Below are positions 1 through 13,227 of a stretch of 64,000 bases of DNA, in pieces. The stretch spans positions 175,274,001-175,338,000 of the forward strand of contig OZ024740.1 of NCBI GenBank assembly GCA_964016885.1, given 5' to 3'. Origin of the DNA: Eledone cirrhosa. Its lineage: Eukaryota. Below the pieces are notes generated by a model that saw only the letters and a program-made list of their open reading frames with translations, had not been told where the DNA came from and made no database searches. Made by a program: the position numbers and the translations under genes. Numbering within the stretch: the first letter of the stretch is position 1; every line of letters starts with the position of its first letter.

Positions 1-735
1 AAGGACACACTCATAGGCAGGGACTACCCTGCATCACTAATTGACAATGTAATCCAACGTGCCCTAAAACTCAGTACCCAGGACCTTAGACACCCTAAAG
101 TAAATCAACCGAAACTAAAAGCTCTTCTATACATCTCCACACACAACCCTCTCAACAATGAGGCCTTTGACACCATCCTCCAGAACATCCCTGTGTTGAA
201 AAAGGACCATAGAATGAACCAAATTCTACGAACACACGATATCATAAAGAGCAAAAGACAATCCAAGTCAATGAAAAACATCCTAACACATGCCAAAGTA
301 CTGCCAACCACAACAACGAAGCCCACAGTAAAAAAATGCGATAGACCCAACTGTGGTATTTGCATCAACCTAATAGAGGGTTCGGAATTCTATTTCAAAG
401 ATGGACAACGTTTTATAGTAAAACACAATTTCACATGTGCATCGGAAAATCTAATATATGTATTAACTTGCTCAGGTTGTCGAGAACAATACATAGGCCA
501 GACCAAAAACAGCCTCCGCCAACGCATGACTGTCCATAGATCCCAAATTAAAATACGGGAATACAGGAAAATACCACTGAGTGAACACATTGATACCTGT
601 GCCGCCCAAAATCATCCCAACTTCAGAATCTTTCCCCTCTACAAATTTAAAGATAATGCCACCCACACCCAGCGCATCAGCAAGGAATCTTACTTCATTA
701 ACAAATACGGACCCCGTCTAAACACTTCTCCCTAA
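1..735 (+). CDS. 5'-partial ORF of a Penelope-like retroelement: RT thumb/linker plus C-terminal GIY-YIG endonuclease (probably Naiad-like clade)
   Basis: Frame +1 is open from base 1 (KDTLIGRDYP...) to TAA at 735. It carries a Zn-knuckle linker CDRPNCGIC, the GIY-YIG motif NLIYVLTCSGCREQYIGQT..LRQRMTVH and a terminal E..FINKY.P.LN. Near-identical to the inverted copy at about 58060-58733. Confidence 0.9.
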   Translation, partial: KDTLIGRDYPASLIDNVIQRALKLSTQDLRHPKVNQPKLKALLYISTHNPLNNEAFDTILQNIPVLKKDHRMNQILRTHDIIKSKRQSKSMKNILTHAKVLPTTTTKPTVKKCDRPNCGICINLIEGSEFYFKDGQRFIVKHNFTCASENLIYVLTCSGCREQYIGQTKNSLRQRMTVHRSQIKIREYRKIPLSEHIDTCAAQNHPNFRIFPLYKFKDNATHTQRISKESYFINKYGPRLNTSP

Positions 736-890
736 GACGAACCCACAACATACACACGTTAACATACATACCTACATCAGCACACATCTCCACCCACATA
801 TAAACACAATGACATACGTAAACACACATGCTCTATGGTGCAACACAGAAAAATATATATATATATATATATATAGTTTTAATATAGATG

Positions 891-941
891 AGATTCTACA
901 GGACTAGAACTGTTTCATTCATTTGAAATCATCAGGAATCT
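891..941 (-). ncRNA. Type I hammerhead ribozyme (mirror of 2408-2458)
   Basis: Reverse complement: AGATTC-CTGATGA-TTTCAAATGAAT-GAAA-CAG TTCTAGTC CTG-TA-GAATCT. Confidence 0.85.
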
Positions 942-1621
942 GGGTATCAAAAAATAAATATGGTATTTATAGGTCTCTACAAGTGGTAGGAGAGGGTGGG
1001 GAGTGGGATGGGTGCAGGTCATTGGTTGATAGAAAAGGGAATTCATTAAAAGCTAATTCTACAAAGCTATAGTTTATTTTTATTTTTATTTATTTATGTT
1101 TTAAGAGTAACAAGGGCAGACAGAATTCTATAAACAGGTTCCGGATGGCCTACCATTCCTTGTCAATAAGTTTCTCTTAAGCTAACAGATGTCTATAAAA
1201 TCAGTGGGGGGTCAGTCATAGTCGATAGAATTAAAGAAAAGGGAGATTCTTTAAAAGCTAAAGTCATTAAGGTTCTACTAAGTGACAAAGGTCTAGAGAA
1301 TTCTGCAGACAGATTCAAAATACTAAGTGCATATCTTACTATTATCTTCGAACTTCTCTTAAACTAATCAACTATATGCCAAAATCAACAGACACATTCA
1401 CAAAAAAACAAAAAAACACATACTCACTCACACACTTACGCGCAACCATAAACACACACACAAACACATATACACACATAAAAACACACACACATATATA
1501 TAAAAATATATAAATATATATTCATGCACACACACGTACATACAGACATACATACACACATACATATATAATACATATATATATATATATATATATATCT
1601 ATATGTATGTGTGTGTGTGTA

Positions 1622-1684
<63 letters not shown>

Positions 1685-1697
1685 ATATATGTGTATA

Positions 1698-1752
<55 letters not shown>

Positions 1753-2407
1753 AGATATATATATATATGTATTATATATGTATGTGTGTATGTATGTCTG
1801 TATGTACGTGTGTGTACATGAATATATATTTATATATTTTTATATATATGTGTGTGTGTTTTTATGTGTGTATATGTGTTTGTGTGTGTGTTTATGGTTG
1901 CGCGTAAGTGTGTGAGTGAGTATGTGTTTTTTTGTTTTTTTGTGAATGTGTCTGTTGATTTTGGCATATAGTTGATTAGTTTAAGAGAAGTTCGAAGATA
2001 ATAGTAAGATATGCACTCAGTATTTTGAATCTGTCTGCAGAATTCTCTAGACCTTTGTCACTTAGTAGAACCTTAATGACTTTAGCTTTTAAAGAATCTC
2101 CCTTTTCTTTAATTCTATCGACTATGACTGACGCCCCACTGATTTTATAGACATCTGTTAGCTTAAGAGAAACTTATTGACAAGGAATGGTAGGCCATCC
2201 GGAACCTGTTTATAGAATTCTGTCTGCCCTTGTTACTCTAAAAACATAAATAAATAAAAATAAAAATAAAAATAAACTATAGCTTTGTAGAATTAGCTTT
2301 TAATGAATTCCCTTTTCTATCAACCAATGACCTGCACCCATCCCACTCCCCACCCTCTCCTACCACTTGTAGAGACCTATAAATACCATATTTATTTTTT
2401 TATACCC

Positions 2408-2458
2408 AGATTCCTGATGATTTCAAATGAATGAAACAGTTCTAGTCCTGTAGAATCT
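2408..2458 (+). ncRNA. Type I hammerhead ribozyme
   Basis: Stem I AGATTC/GAATCT, core CTGATGA, stem II TTCA/TGAA, GAAA, stem III ACAG/CTGT, GUA cleavage triplet. Confidence 0.85.
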
Positions 2459-2540
2459 CATCTATATTAAAACTGTTATTCTCTGCTATGTATTGAGTAC
2501 CTTACTTACTGTGGTTACCTCCGATTCAACCCGGAATAAC

Positions 2541-2629
<89 letters not shown>

Positions 2630-2995
2630 ATATATGTATGTGTATATATATGTAGTGAATATCATTTCACACCTTTTATTGTTAAGATTTTTGATGTTCT
2701 ATTAAGAGAACCGATTTTACTGAAAAAATCGAATAATGTACACCATTTTACCAGGGGGAAAAAAATACTGGTCCACCCACACACACACACACACACACAC
2801 ATATATACACACACACATATATACACACACACATACACACGCGTACATTAACATACAAAGAGACTTATACACACACACACGCGCATTTCTCCGTATAAGA
2901 CAAAAGCTGAAAAATATCTTTTGACATGCTAAAATACCCCCCATTTCTTTCAGACACATTCTTACTGACCATCCCTGCTACCACGAATTACTCTG

Positions 2996-3119
<124 letters not shown>

Positions 3120-3230
3120 ATCTTAATAGTCATTTGACACACATCCCTGCTAACCATTATCACAACATCGAACACCTTACTACTACTACTACACACACAC
3201 ACACATATTTGTTGTGAAAGAGTCATTTCT

Positions 3231-3479
3231 CAATCTTGGCGCAAAACCAATTTTTTATTCACATGACCTCTACCGACCAATCAAAATTGTTTTGACCACA
3301 AGAATTTTTGCAAACACCATATAGCGCTGGAGCCACTTTTTTTAACATAAAAACAATCTTGGCGCAAAATCAATTTTTTACATTCACATGACCTCTACCG
3401 ACCAATCAAAATTGTTTTGACCACAAGAATTTTTGCAACACCAAAGTAACGCTGGAGCCACTTTTTTAACATAAAAACA
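3231..3479. repeat. Two-copy direct tandem repeat, unit about 123 bp
   Basis: CAATCTTGGCGCAAAA...GCTGGAGCCACTTTTTTAACATAAAAACA occurs twice head to tail. Confidence 0.85.
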
Positions 3480-3696
3480 GGTAGAATTCCCAAAACTAAT
3501 CAGATCAGAGCAAACAACACGGACACTCTATCTCAAAATTATTTTTGAAAAGCATTTAGAAATGCGCAACCGGTAAAAACTTAAAAACTTAAAACCACAA
3601 CTGAATACTAACCCATACAATCACTAATACTCTTTTATTCCTAATTAAACCATTTTTCAACTGTGAACAATTTGTCAGCATTTTCAATTCCGTTTA

Positions 3697-3805
<109 letters not shown>

Positions 3806-3874
3806 TATGAAGAGAGAAGAAACATTTAGATATAATTAGTAATAAAATGTATCATACCTAAACTGCTCCTAAAT

Positions 3875-3964
3875 TCCTCGACTACGTAGTTTCGTGGCAT
3901 AAACAAAAACAATATATCATAAAGATATAGAGTCCTTGCGAGGTCTGCCGACTTATCAAGAGGA
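3875..3964 (-). ncRNA. Type I hammerhead ribozyme with U3-A8 variant core
   Basis: Reverse complement: TCCTC-TTGATAA-GTCGGCA...TGCCAC-GAAA-CTACGTAG-TC-GAGGA. Stem III is the palindrome ACTACGTAGT; GUC triplet. Confidence 0.78.
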
Positions 3965-4461
3965 TACCTCATTTTACTAGTCTCAAGCACGCGTCTACAC
4001 GACGTGAGAAAGAATCCCAAAAGGCGGAGGGGGAGATAGTAACGCGATATAACGGTCGAGAAACAGAGCTAAGCCTCTTATAACCCCGAAGAAAATACCA
4101 CGGAGGCGGAGGGGGTATTTATATCGAGGCCGTAGAAGAGGTGGCGAAGAAGGCGAGAAGTATGAGTAATGGAAGCTATCCAGCTGTCCCCACACTTCAA
4201 AGATTGCTCGACCAGAGGGAGTTATTAACAATATATTTAGAAACACACAGATACACGCGGACACACACATATATACATGAATGCATCCGCACCCAACTGT
4301 GAGTTAAGGGTGCCAACTTCACCGATGTTGCTCAATGAATGACTGGGACAGACCAATTCAGTTGAACCAGACTCAACCAGTATCAGCACTAATACTCTTT
4401 TATTCCTAATTAAACCATTTTTCAACTGTGAACAATTTGTCAGCATTTTCAATTCCGTTTA

Positions 4462-4496
<35 letters not shown>

Positions 4497-4630
4497 TATA
4501 AAGAGAGAAGAAACATTTAGATATAATTAGTAATAAAATGTATCATACCTAAACTGCTCCTAAATCACAGTTGGGTGCGGATGCGTTCATGTATATATGT
4601 GTGTGTCCGCGTGTATCTGTGTGTTTCTAA

Positions 4631-4695
<65 letters not shown>

Positions 4696-4746
4696 TATGT
4701 GTGATAGAAAGGGGCAGAGGATGACGTCGCTCTTGTCTAGTAATAA

Positions 4747-5146
4747 TAATTGTTTCTACATTTGGCACAAGGCCAGCAATATGAAGGGGAGGACAAAGTC
4801 GATTAAATCGACCCCAGTGCATTACTGGTGCTTTATTTTATCGACTCTGTAAGGATGTAAGGCAAAGCTAAACTCGGCGGGATTTGAACTCAGAACGTAA
4901 AGGGTCGTAACTCTATGCCGCGAAGAATGGTGTCCGACGCTCTATCGATACTACCAATCACCACCCTTAGTAATAATAATAATTTTTTCTACTTTTGGCA
5001 CAAGGCCAGAAATCAACCAGTGTATTACTGGTACTTTATTTTATCGACCCTCTAAGGATGAAAGGCAAAGTTAACCTCGGCGGGATTTGAACTCAGACCA
5101 TAAAGGGCCGTAACTCTTTGCTGCAAAGCATGGCGTCCGACCCTCT
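4747..5146 (-). mobile_element. Two adjacent copies of the dominant tRNA-derived SINE
   Basis: B-box GAGTTCAAATCCCGCC, core CTTTGCCTTTCATCCTT..GGGTCGATAAAATAAAGTACCAGT (Nin/Deu-like domain), and an (ATT)n tail. The same sequence recurs many times in the window. Confidence 0.85.
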
Positions 5147-8100
5147 ATAATAATGATTTCTTTATTGGCCACCATGACCGACATATAGGGAGATAATGAT
5201 ATTTATTAGCCACACAGGACTAAAATGAAGAAAACATTAAAGACGGCACAGGACGAAAATAAGTTAAGTTTGAGGGAATAGAAAAGTCGATTCTATCGAT
5301 CCCATTACGTTATTTTATTGATCACAGAAGGATGAAAAACAGTGTTGAACTTTGCGAGATTTGAGGTTAGAATATAAAGGGTTGTAAACACCACATGACA
5401 TTTGTCTTACGCTCTAATAATTTCGCCAATTAATTACCTCCTATTAATGGTAAACAACTGCAACAATACAGCACCCCCTTTCAGTCATGACAGACCACAG
5501 ATTTGCATCTGGATATTTCTTCTTCAAGGTTAAAGCTGTGTAAAAGTGTTTGGAAGAAGACCATCAACCCCCCATGAATGCAAATCTCCCCCTTTTCTAC
5601 ACCATCGAAAGGAAAGACGAAACAGCGATATAGCTTGGTACTACTCCGTTTCAGGAGTAACACCCAACTTCTACTGGTACTAACTTTTTCCGTCTTAGTA
5701 AGACTGACCCAACATAAAATAAGTGTTTTGCTCAAGGACACAATGCACCACCCAAGAATCGAAATAACGACCTTATTCTTGTGAACTCAGAACCCCTTGC
5801 GCTTTCACAACAATAATAAAATTGCCATTGGCGACTTTGATGTGGCATTCTATTGAATTTCATATTATAAATGTATTTTTTAAGCGGTCATATGTCTGGT
5901 TGAGAAAAAAAAAAAAAGCATTTGATACAATTTATAAATCTTCAAAGAAAACTCGGAACAGAAAAATCAACACAAGAAAGCGATAGTTGTGAATAAGTAT
6001 TGTAAGTTTCGGTTGAGAAAGCTAAACATCTATGTGTAGCAAATAAACCGTCACTTTATCAACTGTTTAGCAAAAGGAGGAGTTAGTAGCAGCATTTAGA
6101 CTTAAATGTCTGGCGTTATTTTGTTACATCTATTGGTTTCGCCGTTCACGCCGTTATCAACTATATCTTTCATCTCACTGTTATGAGACATATTTATAAA
6201 CATATAAAAACAAAAATAATCACTGGAAATACTTAATTTCCGGTAACAGTGTAACTTTTTTTCTATTTTAAAACCTACTCAATTGTATTTTTTTAAAGCG
6301 TTCTTCTGATTTTTCTTTATGATTTGAATATCACAGATTCAAAATAAAGAAAAAAAAAGAAGCTTTTTTCTTAAAAATAAGAAATTAAAGTTAGGGGATT
6401 TACAGCTGCAATACGTTATTGTATGTATATAAATATATTTCAGAAGCATATTGTTTGCATTTGTAATCATATATACATCCTTTATAAACCTCGTTTTTTA
6501 GAGCACGCGCCTTAGCTCTGACAATACAATCTTCATGTTGCGGATTATAGAAATGGTCTAATCATTAGACTCTAATGATATTCTCGCTGCTAGTACATCG
6601 GTTGCAATGCCACTCCTAATTTAGCTACTTCTATAAATTATAAAACTATAAAATTAAATATCATTAACATATTTGATATAAAAATTCTCATCCAAGTAAT
6701 GAAATAATTCTTACTAAAAAACATTTTTTGGTTCTATTTTTAGGAAAAGTAAAGATGTAAATATCAAAATAATTTTTAAAAACTCAACAGGTTTGTAAAA
6801 CCCTGTGCAAAAATTTCTATTTTTTCTAAATTCTTTGTACTTTTCCTATGTGTGTATATATTTTCTCGGTATATTTCGGCTTTATTATAGCTGAATTTGA
6901 TGTATATATCCACATCTAGAAGATTTTAAAATCCGTTTCTCGATTTTTATTTAATAGTATTCATCAGACTTTTAGCAGACTGAATATGCGTTCCAAATCG
7001 ATATTTACAAAGAATCAAGATGTGAGATGATATTAAAACAGTCAGCAGACTCCATAATGTAGGCCAGCATTTATTGAAATGCTTCGAAAGACTTTATTTT
7101 AACCTTCTGGATTATTAATTATGACAAGTCATTATATTGACTACAAATACTACTAAGGATGGTTTCATGATTAGAGTATTTGTATTTTTCAGTTAAATTT
7201 ATTTATTCAACAAAATTTATTAATTGATGTCTGATGCAAAAGACGGGAATCAAATTCAGATCATTCTTCATGTTTATTAGCAGAAAGTCGGTTCTGCAGA
7301 TGCTCACACAAGGAAACAAATATTAAAAGCTATTTGTGTTTATCTCAAACGTTTCCTCTTCTGTGTTGGAGGGGAGCTGGAGAGTTATCTTTTCAACTGT
7401 ACTAATACAAGAAACAGTTTTTCTAAAGTATTGGATATTGTTTTCTTATCTTGCAAATCTTTCCTTTCACTAGTTGTAAATCTGCAATCGGGTTAAAATT
7501 GCATTTTGGTTCGACTCAGCTAACTTACTAAAATTATAATTTATTATGGAAATTGCTATCAGGTAAAATTTCTATTGCAGTATTTAGCGATGGGGTCATT
7601 ATTTCCATTTTTCTCAATTTCAAAGTAATTCAGAAGTGCTTCATAATTTCATGCTACATCCACCATGAGCACCGAATGATAAAATCTCATATTCCATTAC
7701 ATTACCTATTCCTTCAAATTTCCTATTTAAAATTGATGGTCTATAGAAAACTGTAGAGATTTTCAATATTGGAACAGTATTCCAAGCATCGGTATTTGTT
7801 AAAACTTCCAGAAATCAGTTATTGCTAAACCAAATCTTATAGAGCGACACGGTTGCTCTATATTTTCTTTAAACCGACTGGTTCAAAGAAAATGTCCGTC
7901 ACCCTATAGAGCAACTATAACATTCTTGATGCACAATCTGAAGTGAATATCAGAGATTTTCTCATACCCGACAGATTAATCTTTGAAAAACTTTAATTTG
8001 TAATCAATTTCAAATATCCAATGTTTAAATTTCCTCCAAAAGAAGACACAGTTGTAAATGGCAATTTCTTGAAGTTAAAATACATGATACCTACAAGAAT

Positions 8101-10063
8101 GTAATCAACAATTAATGCATAAGATTTTGATTGTTAAATTTCTAACATAATTTCTAAGTGGAGGAGTGTTTTACAGATACAAATGTATACATACCAACCG
8201 GATGACAAATATAGATATTAAGCCATTGAGTACATTTTGTACAGAGTTCAATAAAATAATTATTTGTATTATAAGTAATATATTGTCTATAAGAATATTT
8301 ACTTCGTTTGCCTTAGAAGTCTTTACTTCCGTTATTGCTGCTCTTATCTCTTTAACTGTAATTCCTTGAAAAATAATTTTTAATGGTTGAATAATCCTGC
8401 TTCTAAGAATTTCGGTATTGCTTTTGTGATAAATATTTCAAGTAATCCTGTTTACACGCCGCCACCCTATATTTTGCAATTAGAAAACAAACTAGGAACC
8501 TATATTTCAATACAAATTTACAGATTAAGCTATGACTTTCCATTGTATTTGAAAACATATTCAGTTGACTTACTGCCGGAGTCGTTAAGTCAGGCTTCTT
8601 TATGTCGAATATAAGATTTTTTAAGGCTCATTTTTGGCTACTTTCAGTGTTTTGCTGTGTTATTTGGTTTATTATGGAAACAATATTTATTATTTCTATG
8701 AAAAATAAAAAAATAAAAAAAGCATATGTATGTATATTGTTTATTATTTGAAAACTGTACTAAAAATGATGCACTAGTAAATTTTATTTTGATAAAAAAG
8801 GATTAACCGTAATCATGTATAAATTTAGTTAGGATCATGAACATAATTTCCTCCAATACCATTCATTCATGAAGATTGTTAACTCCTTTCTACATGTATG
8901 CACCCCAGGGATCAATTACCGTGCACAGTAAGATCAGCACAGTAGGACACTTCCTATTATTATGTGTAATTACTTACAACCAGTGCAAACTAAAGCATAT
9001 CTTGGTGATTTGAAGAAGGTTTAGCTTCTATCATTATTAGGCTGATATACCATACAGAGTCATCCTCCAAAGGCACTTACATATATGTGTGCAGTTTAAC
9101 ATCTCGGTCAAGTCTTAGATTCTCTGATCTATTTTACTAAGAGCTCTATTCCAATCATCAACCAGTCTTCCTGATATAAGCTGTGAAGTTGTTGACATAT
9201 AATCCTGAAAAAGACTGTCATTAGCCACCAAACGTTTATTTCCTGGCGACATGTCTCTACACTCATTTCTCAATCGCCAGCACATGTGTAAGGGAATGAG
9301 TATAAACATTCTTTCTCTTGACCGGGGCAGTGGAGTGTCTCTTGGCTAGGCCCGCAGATAAAAGTCACACCTCTGACGTCCAATATTGCTAAGTGACAAA
9401 TATTTTTCTTTTCGTATTGTTTTCAAATATTTTCCCCCCTTCATTCATTGGCCTTTTGACACCATCATTTTGTACGGTATGTCACCGTGCGTCATTTAGT
9501 GTCATCTATAAATAGAGCGACTATTTTGTTCGTTTTGAGGAAAAGACCCCTGGTTTCATTTCGTTCCTACATCTGTATATCCAGTTATTTGGGTGACATT
9601 TGCTATCTTTGAGGATGATTCGGTCTGTCAGTTGCTATACAATACTCGATATTATTGTTGCTATTGGTGAGATTATGGAGCTGTCAATATTAGTAGAAGT
9701 TGTGGGGCAGTGAGATGTGTTGGTATCGTTTGGGGCTGTAGCACATGTACTGCTGGCTATTCAAAATGTCTTTATTCAATCTACAGCAGTATTGAGACCT
9801 CTGTAAATGTTTATGTATGTACACCAGTACAATATTGTAATATATGTAGAGTCCAGTGGCTTAGTGGTTAGGGTGTCCGACTCACGATCATAACGTCATG
9901 AGTTAGTTTTACTCTAGTCCACTCAGCTGAATCTCCCTGAAAACTACGCTATGTGTACACGTGTCTGTGGGATACTCAACGACTTTTACTTTAATTTCTC
10001 AAGCTGGCTTTTCCGTTTGTCCAACAACATCAACCACAAAACACAAACATTCACATCTCTCTC

Positions 10064-10144
<81 letters not shown>

Positions 10145-11082
10145 TGCAGACCTAAATTATTTACAAAATATCCTCAGCATATTATTGGCTGGCATTAACA
10201 TAATATGCGATTTTCAAAGCTTGTTAAAAATTGATTTGTAATAAATTTACTCTGAAAAATAATGTTAGTAATAAAGACTGCTTTCAGTTTCGAATGTGAA
10301 GATCTCTAGCAATAATCTTGTTACCTCAACCTATACTTAACCCCCTTCAGAATTAAAACCTACAATCAGAAGCTTACACATGTGAGCCGTCAATTTTTAT
10401 TTTATCCTGCGAAAATTTAGATGCGGTATTAGCAAGAATAAATGCAAGTGATTGTCAATAACTACTATCCTATTTAACTGACAAATATATTGATTTATTA
10501 ACTTAGATAAATGGTCAGAAATTTTATGGCAAGGAACAGTCGATTATATCGATCCTTGACTGGTACTATTTTATTGACATTAAATACATGAAAGGTAAAA
10601 TGAACATTGGCGTGATTTGAACTCAAGATGTAAAGACATGCGACTATTACAAGACATTCTGTCCGCTATTCTAACCAGTTTAGTCTATCTTAAAGGTTCT
10701 CAACGGGGGGGGGGGGGGGGGGGGGGGCGTTTCGTAGCTCCAGGGGGGGGGGGTTATGCAGTAAGGGGTCGTTTGAAACTTTTAGGGCGCTAGAAGCTCC
10801 TTTAGTTTGGTAAGTTTTGTAAGTCATATTTGTACGTCTCTGAGACAGTCAGTGATTTGAATGAAGAAAACAAAGAAAATAAATTAAAGAAGCTTGTCAA
10901 CGAATTCCCTAGGGAGATAAAAGAAAATCAAAAGAAATCAGAGAATGAAAGTAAGGACTGCTTCAACAGAGATGACAAGAAGCAATGGTGGTGAACATAC
11001 ACACACATACATACATACATACATACATACAACACACATATATACACATACATACACACACACACACATATATACACACACA

Positions 11083-11325
11083 GGCCGGCGTTAGTGTTTG
11101 ATGAAGTTGAGAACCTGCAGTGTGACAAAAAGCTTGTTTCCCAACCACATTTTTTCCGAGTTCAGTCCCACTGCTCGGGCCGACCAAAGCCCTGTGAGTG
11201 GATTTGATAGATCGAAACTAAAAGAACCCCGTCGTATATATGTATATATGTCTGTGTGTGTCTTTACGTTTGTGTTTGCCCTCCCACCAATGTTTGTTGG
11301 TTTGTTGACGTCCCCAGAACTTACC
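11083..11325 (+). mobile_element. Diverged copy of a second SINE family
   Basis: CCGACCAAAGCCCTGTGAGTGGATTTGATAGATCGAAACTAAAAGAACCCCGTCG resembles an octopus SINE body as recalled from memory. Not repeated in this window. Confidence 0.45.
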
Positions 11326-11406
11326 AAGGTGATGCTCCAGCATGGGCGTAGTCCAGATACAGAAAAAAAGTAAAATATATATGTGTGTGTGTGTGTGTGT
11401 GTAGAA

Positions 11407-11797
11407 GAGGGGTCTCAAACTCAAGGACACAAAAGGGCTATTACGTCCTGGAGGAGAGGCACAGTGGGCCAAACGTGGTAGTGGGTGAACATTTTCACCA
11501 GTTATAATCATTTCTACTATAGGAACAAGGCATGAAATTTGGGGTTTAGGGTTCAGTCGATTGCATCGATCCTAGTACACAACTGGTATGTAAAATGGTG
11601 TAAGGCAAAGTTGAGATCGGCGGATTTTGAACTCAGAACGTAAAAACAGAAGAAGTACCGTTAAGCATTTCGCCAGATGTGCTAACGATTCCACTAGCTC
11701 GCCGCCTTATTTTCACCAGTTATAATGCGATATGAAATATTGGTTCTACCACGGGCCACAGATAAGTAGTTCGCGGGCCGCATGTGTGAGCCCCCTG
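11407..11797. mobile_element. hAT-like MITE nested in the larger hAT element
   Basis: Imperfect TIRs AGGGGTCTCAAAC / GTGTGAGCCCCCTG with subterminal GCGGGCCGCA motifs. TSD not evident. Confidence 0.55.
11509..11708 (-). mobile_element. tRNA-derived SINE with 18-bp TSD
   Basis: ATTTTCACCAGTTATAAT is duplicated at 11491-11508 and 11709-11726. Confidence 0.85.
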
Positions 11798-11818
11798 TTG
11801 GAGATAAATAGATAGATA

Positions 11819-12190
11819 GATTTCTTTATTAGCCACAAGGGCGCAACAGAAAAGGGGACAATACAAAGACATGCCGGGGATTTTACATACAGTCGTGTAA
11901 AAAATATAAAAACAAACAATAACAACAATCGAAATCCCCAATAGGGGGAGGCGCCACAAATGGGTTGTTTAATACCCCGTCGATAGAGCAACCCTCAACT
12001 CCAGGAGCGTGTTGTGCAAGTGCTCCTTTCTTCTTTTTGCTCTCTTCTTCAACCTACAGGTTTATAAACAGAGAAGGCCCAATCACTCGGGCCATTTTCG
12101 CTTCATTCACCCACCTTTCAGTAAATTTACTGGGGTGCAGTGCCTCTCTCTCCACCCTGATTCTCCTTCTAAAGTGATACTTAAAGAAGG
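11819..12190 (-). mobile_element. 3' end of a Tx1/L1-like LINE
   Basis: Homologous to 12495-12630 (FKYHFRRRIRVEREAL...RW). The 3' UTR ends GTGGCTAATAAAGAAAT followed by (TATC)n. Confidence 0.7.
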
Positions 12191-12192
12191 GA

Positions 12193-12255
<63 letters not shown>

Positions 12256-12256
12256 T

Positions 12257-12950
12257 ATTTCTTTATTAGCCACAGGGGCACAAAAGAAGGGGACAAATAC
12301 AAAGGGGGAAGTTTACATACAATAAAAACGTGTAAAATGTTATCACAGATGGAATTTAAAAGTTAGTCGATTTTCCCCAATAGAGGGAGACAGTTTATAT
12401 GGGTAACACAGACCCCCGAAAAAAATGTGCAACCCTCATCTCCAGGAGTACGAAGAGCTTGTACTCCTTTCCTCTCCTCCTCCTTTTCCTCAACCTACAG
12501 GCTGATATAGAGAGAAGGCCCATTCACTCGGGCCATTCTCGCCACTTTCACCCACCTTTCATAAAACTTGCTGGGGTACAGCACCTCTCTCTCCATCCTG
12601 ATTCTTCTTCCAAAGTGGTATTTGAAAAAAAGAATCAGTTGTTGGCCGGAGAGAAAGGTGTCTGACCTCAGCCCTTTCAACCTTGTCCACCATACAACCT
12701 CTTTCGCCATAGCTATCACACAAAGGAAAACCGCCTCTCCTTCGTTTTTGAAGGAGGGTGGCGGTTTGATCATGACAATGGACTCGGTGGTCAACTGGAT
12801 TGGTCCCACCCGCGACAATAGTCGTTCTACATAGCCCCACAGGTCAGTGACGCCCGGGCAGTGTATGAATGCGTGCGCGACGGTTTCTTCGTCTCGCACG
12901 CACCTCGGACAGATCTTTTTTGCAGGGTCCCTGCCCGGGCGCCCACCAAA
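12257..12950 (-). mobile_element. 5'-truncated Tx1/L1-like LINE (C-terminal CCHC zinc finger of ORF2 plus 3' UTR)
   Basis: ORF 12495-12959 contains CPRC....ETVAHAFIHCP....LW. The tail abuts (GATA)n at 12195-12255. Confidence 0.75.
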
Positions 12951-12999
12951 CACACACATATTTCTTACTCTCTCTGTCCTTCCCTCTTTCTCTCTTCAT

Positions 13000-13050
<51 letters not shown>

Positions 13051-13178
13051 GCGTTGTTATTTGGCGTTGTTGAAAAGAGCTGTGGCCTTTGACCTGGCAA
13101 TAAAAAACTGTAGATAAAATTCGTTCTGTACCCAAACCAAGACACACACACACACACGCACAAAAGTTTGTGTGCGTG

Positions 13179-13227
<49 letters not shown>

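Larger units (their letters stand above)
875..2545. repeat. Fold-back unit: arms about 875-1604 and 1748-2474 plus an unpaired tail 2475-2545, bounded by (TA)n; PLE pseudo-LTR derived
   Basis: Arms are near-perfect reverse complements (GTTTTAATATAGATGAGATTC... / ...GAATCTCATCTATATTAAAAC). Each arm carries a hammerhead. Confidence 0.9.

Noticed and set aside
6900-8630. Microsatellite-free stretch with faint LINE-like peptides on the minus strand (GITVKEIRAAITEVKTSKA; DIFFEPVGLK)
   Set aside because: Too many stops and frameshifts to assign. Possibly a very old non-LTR relic; needs BLASTX.
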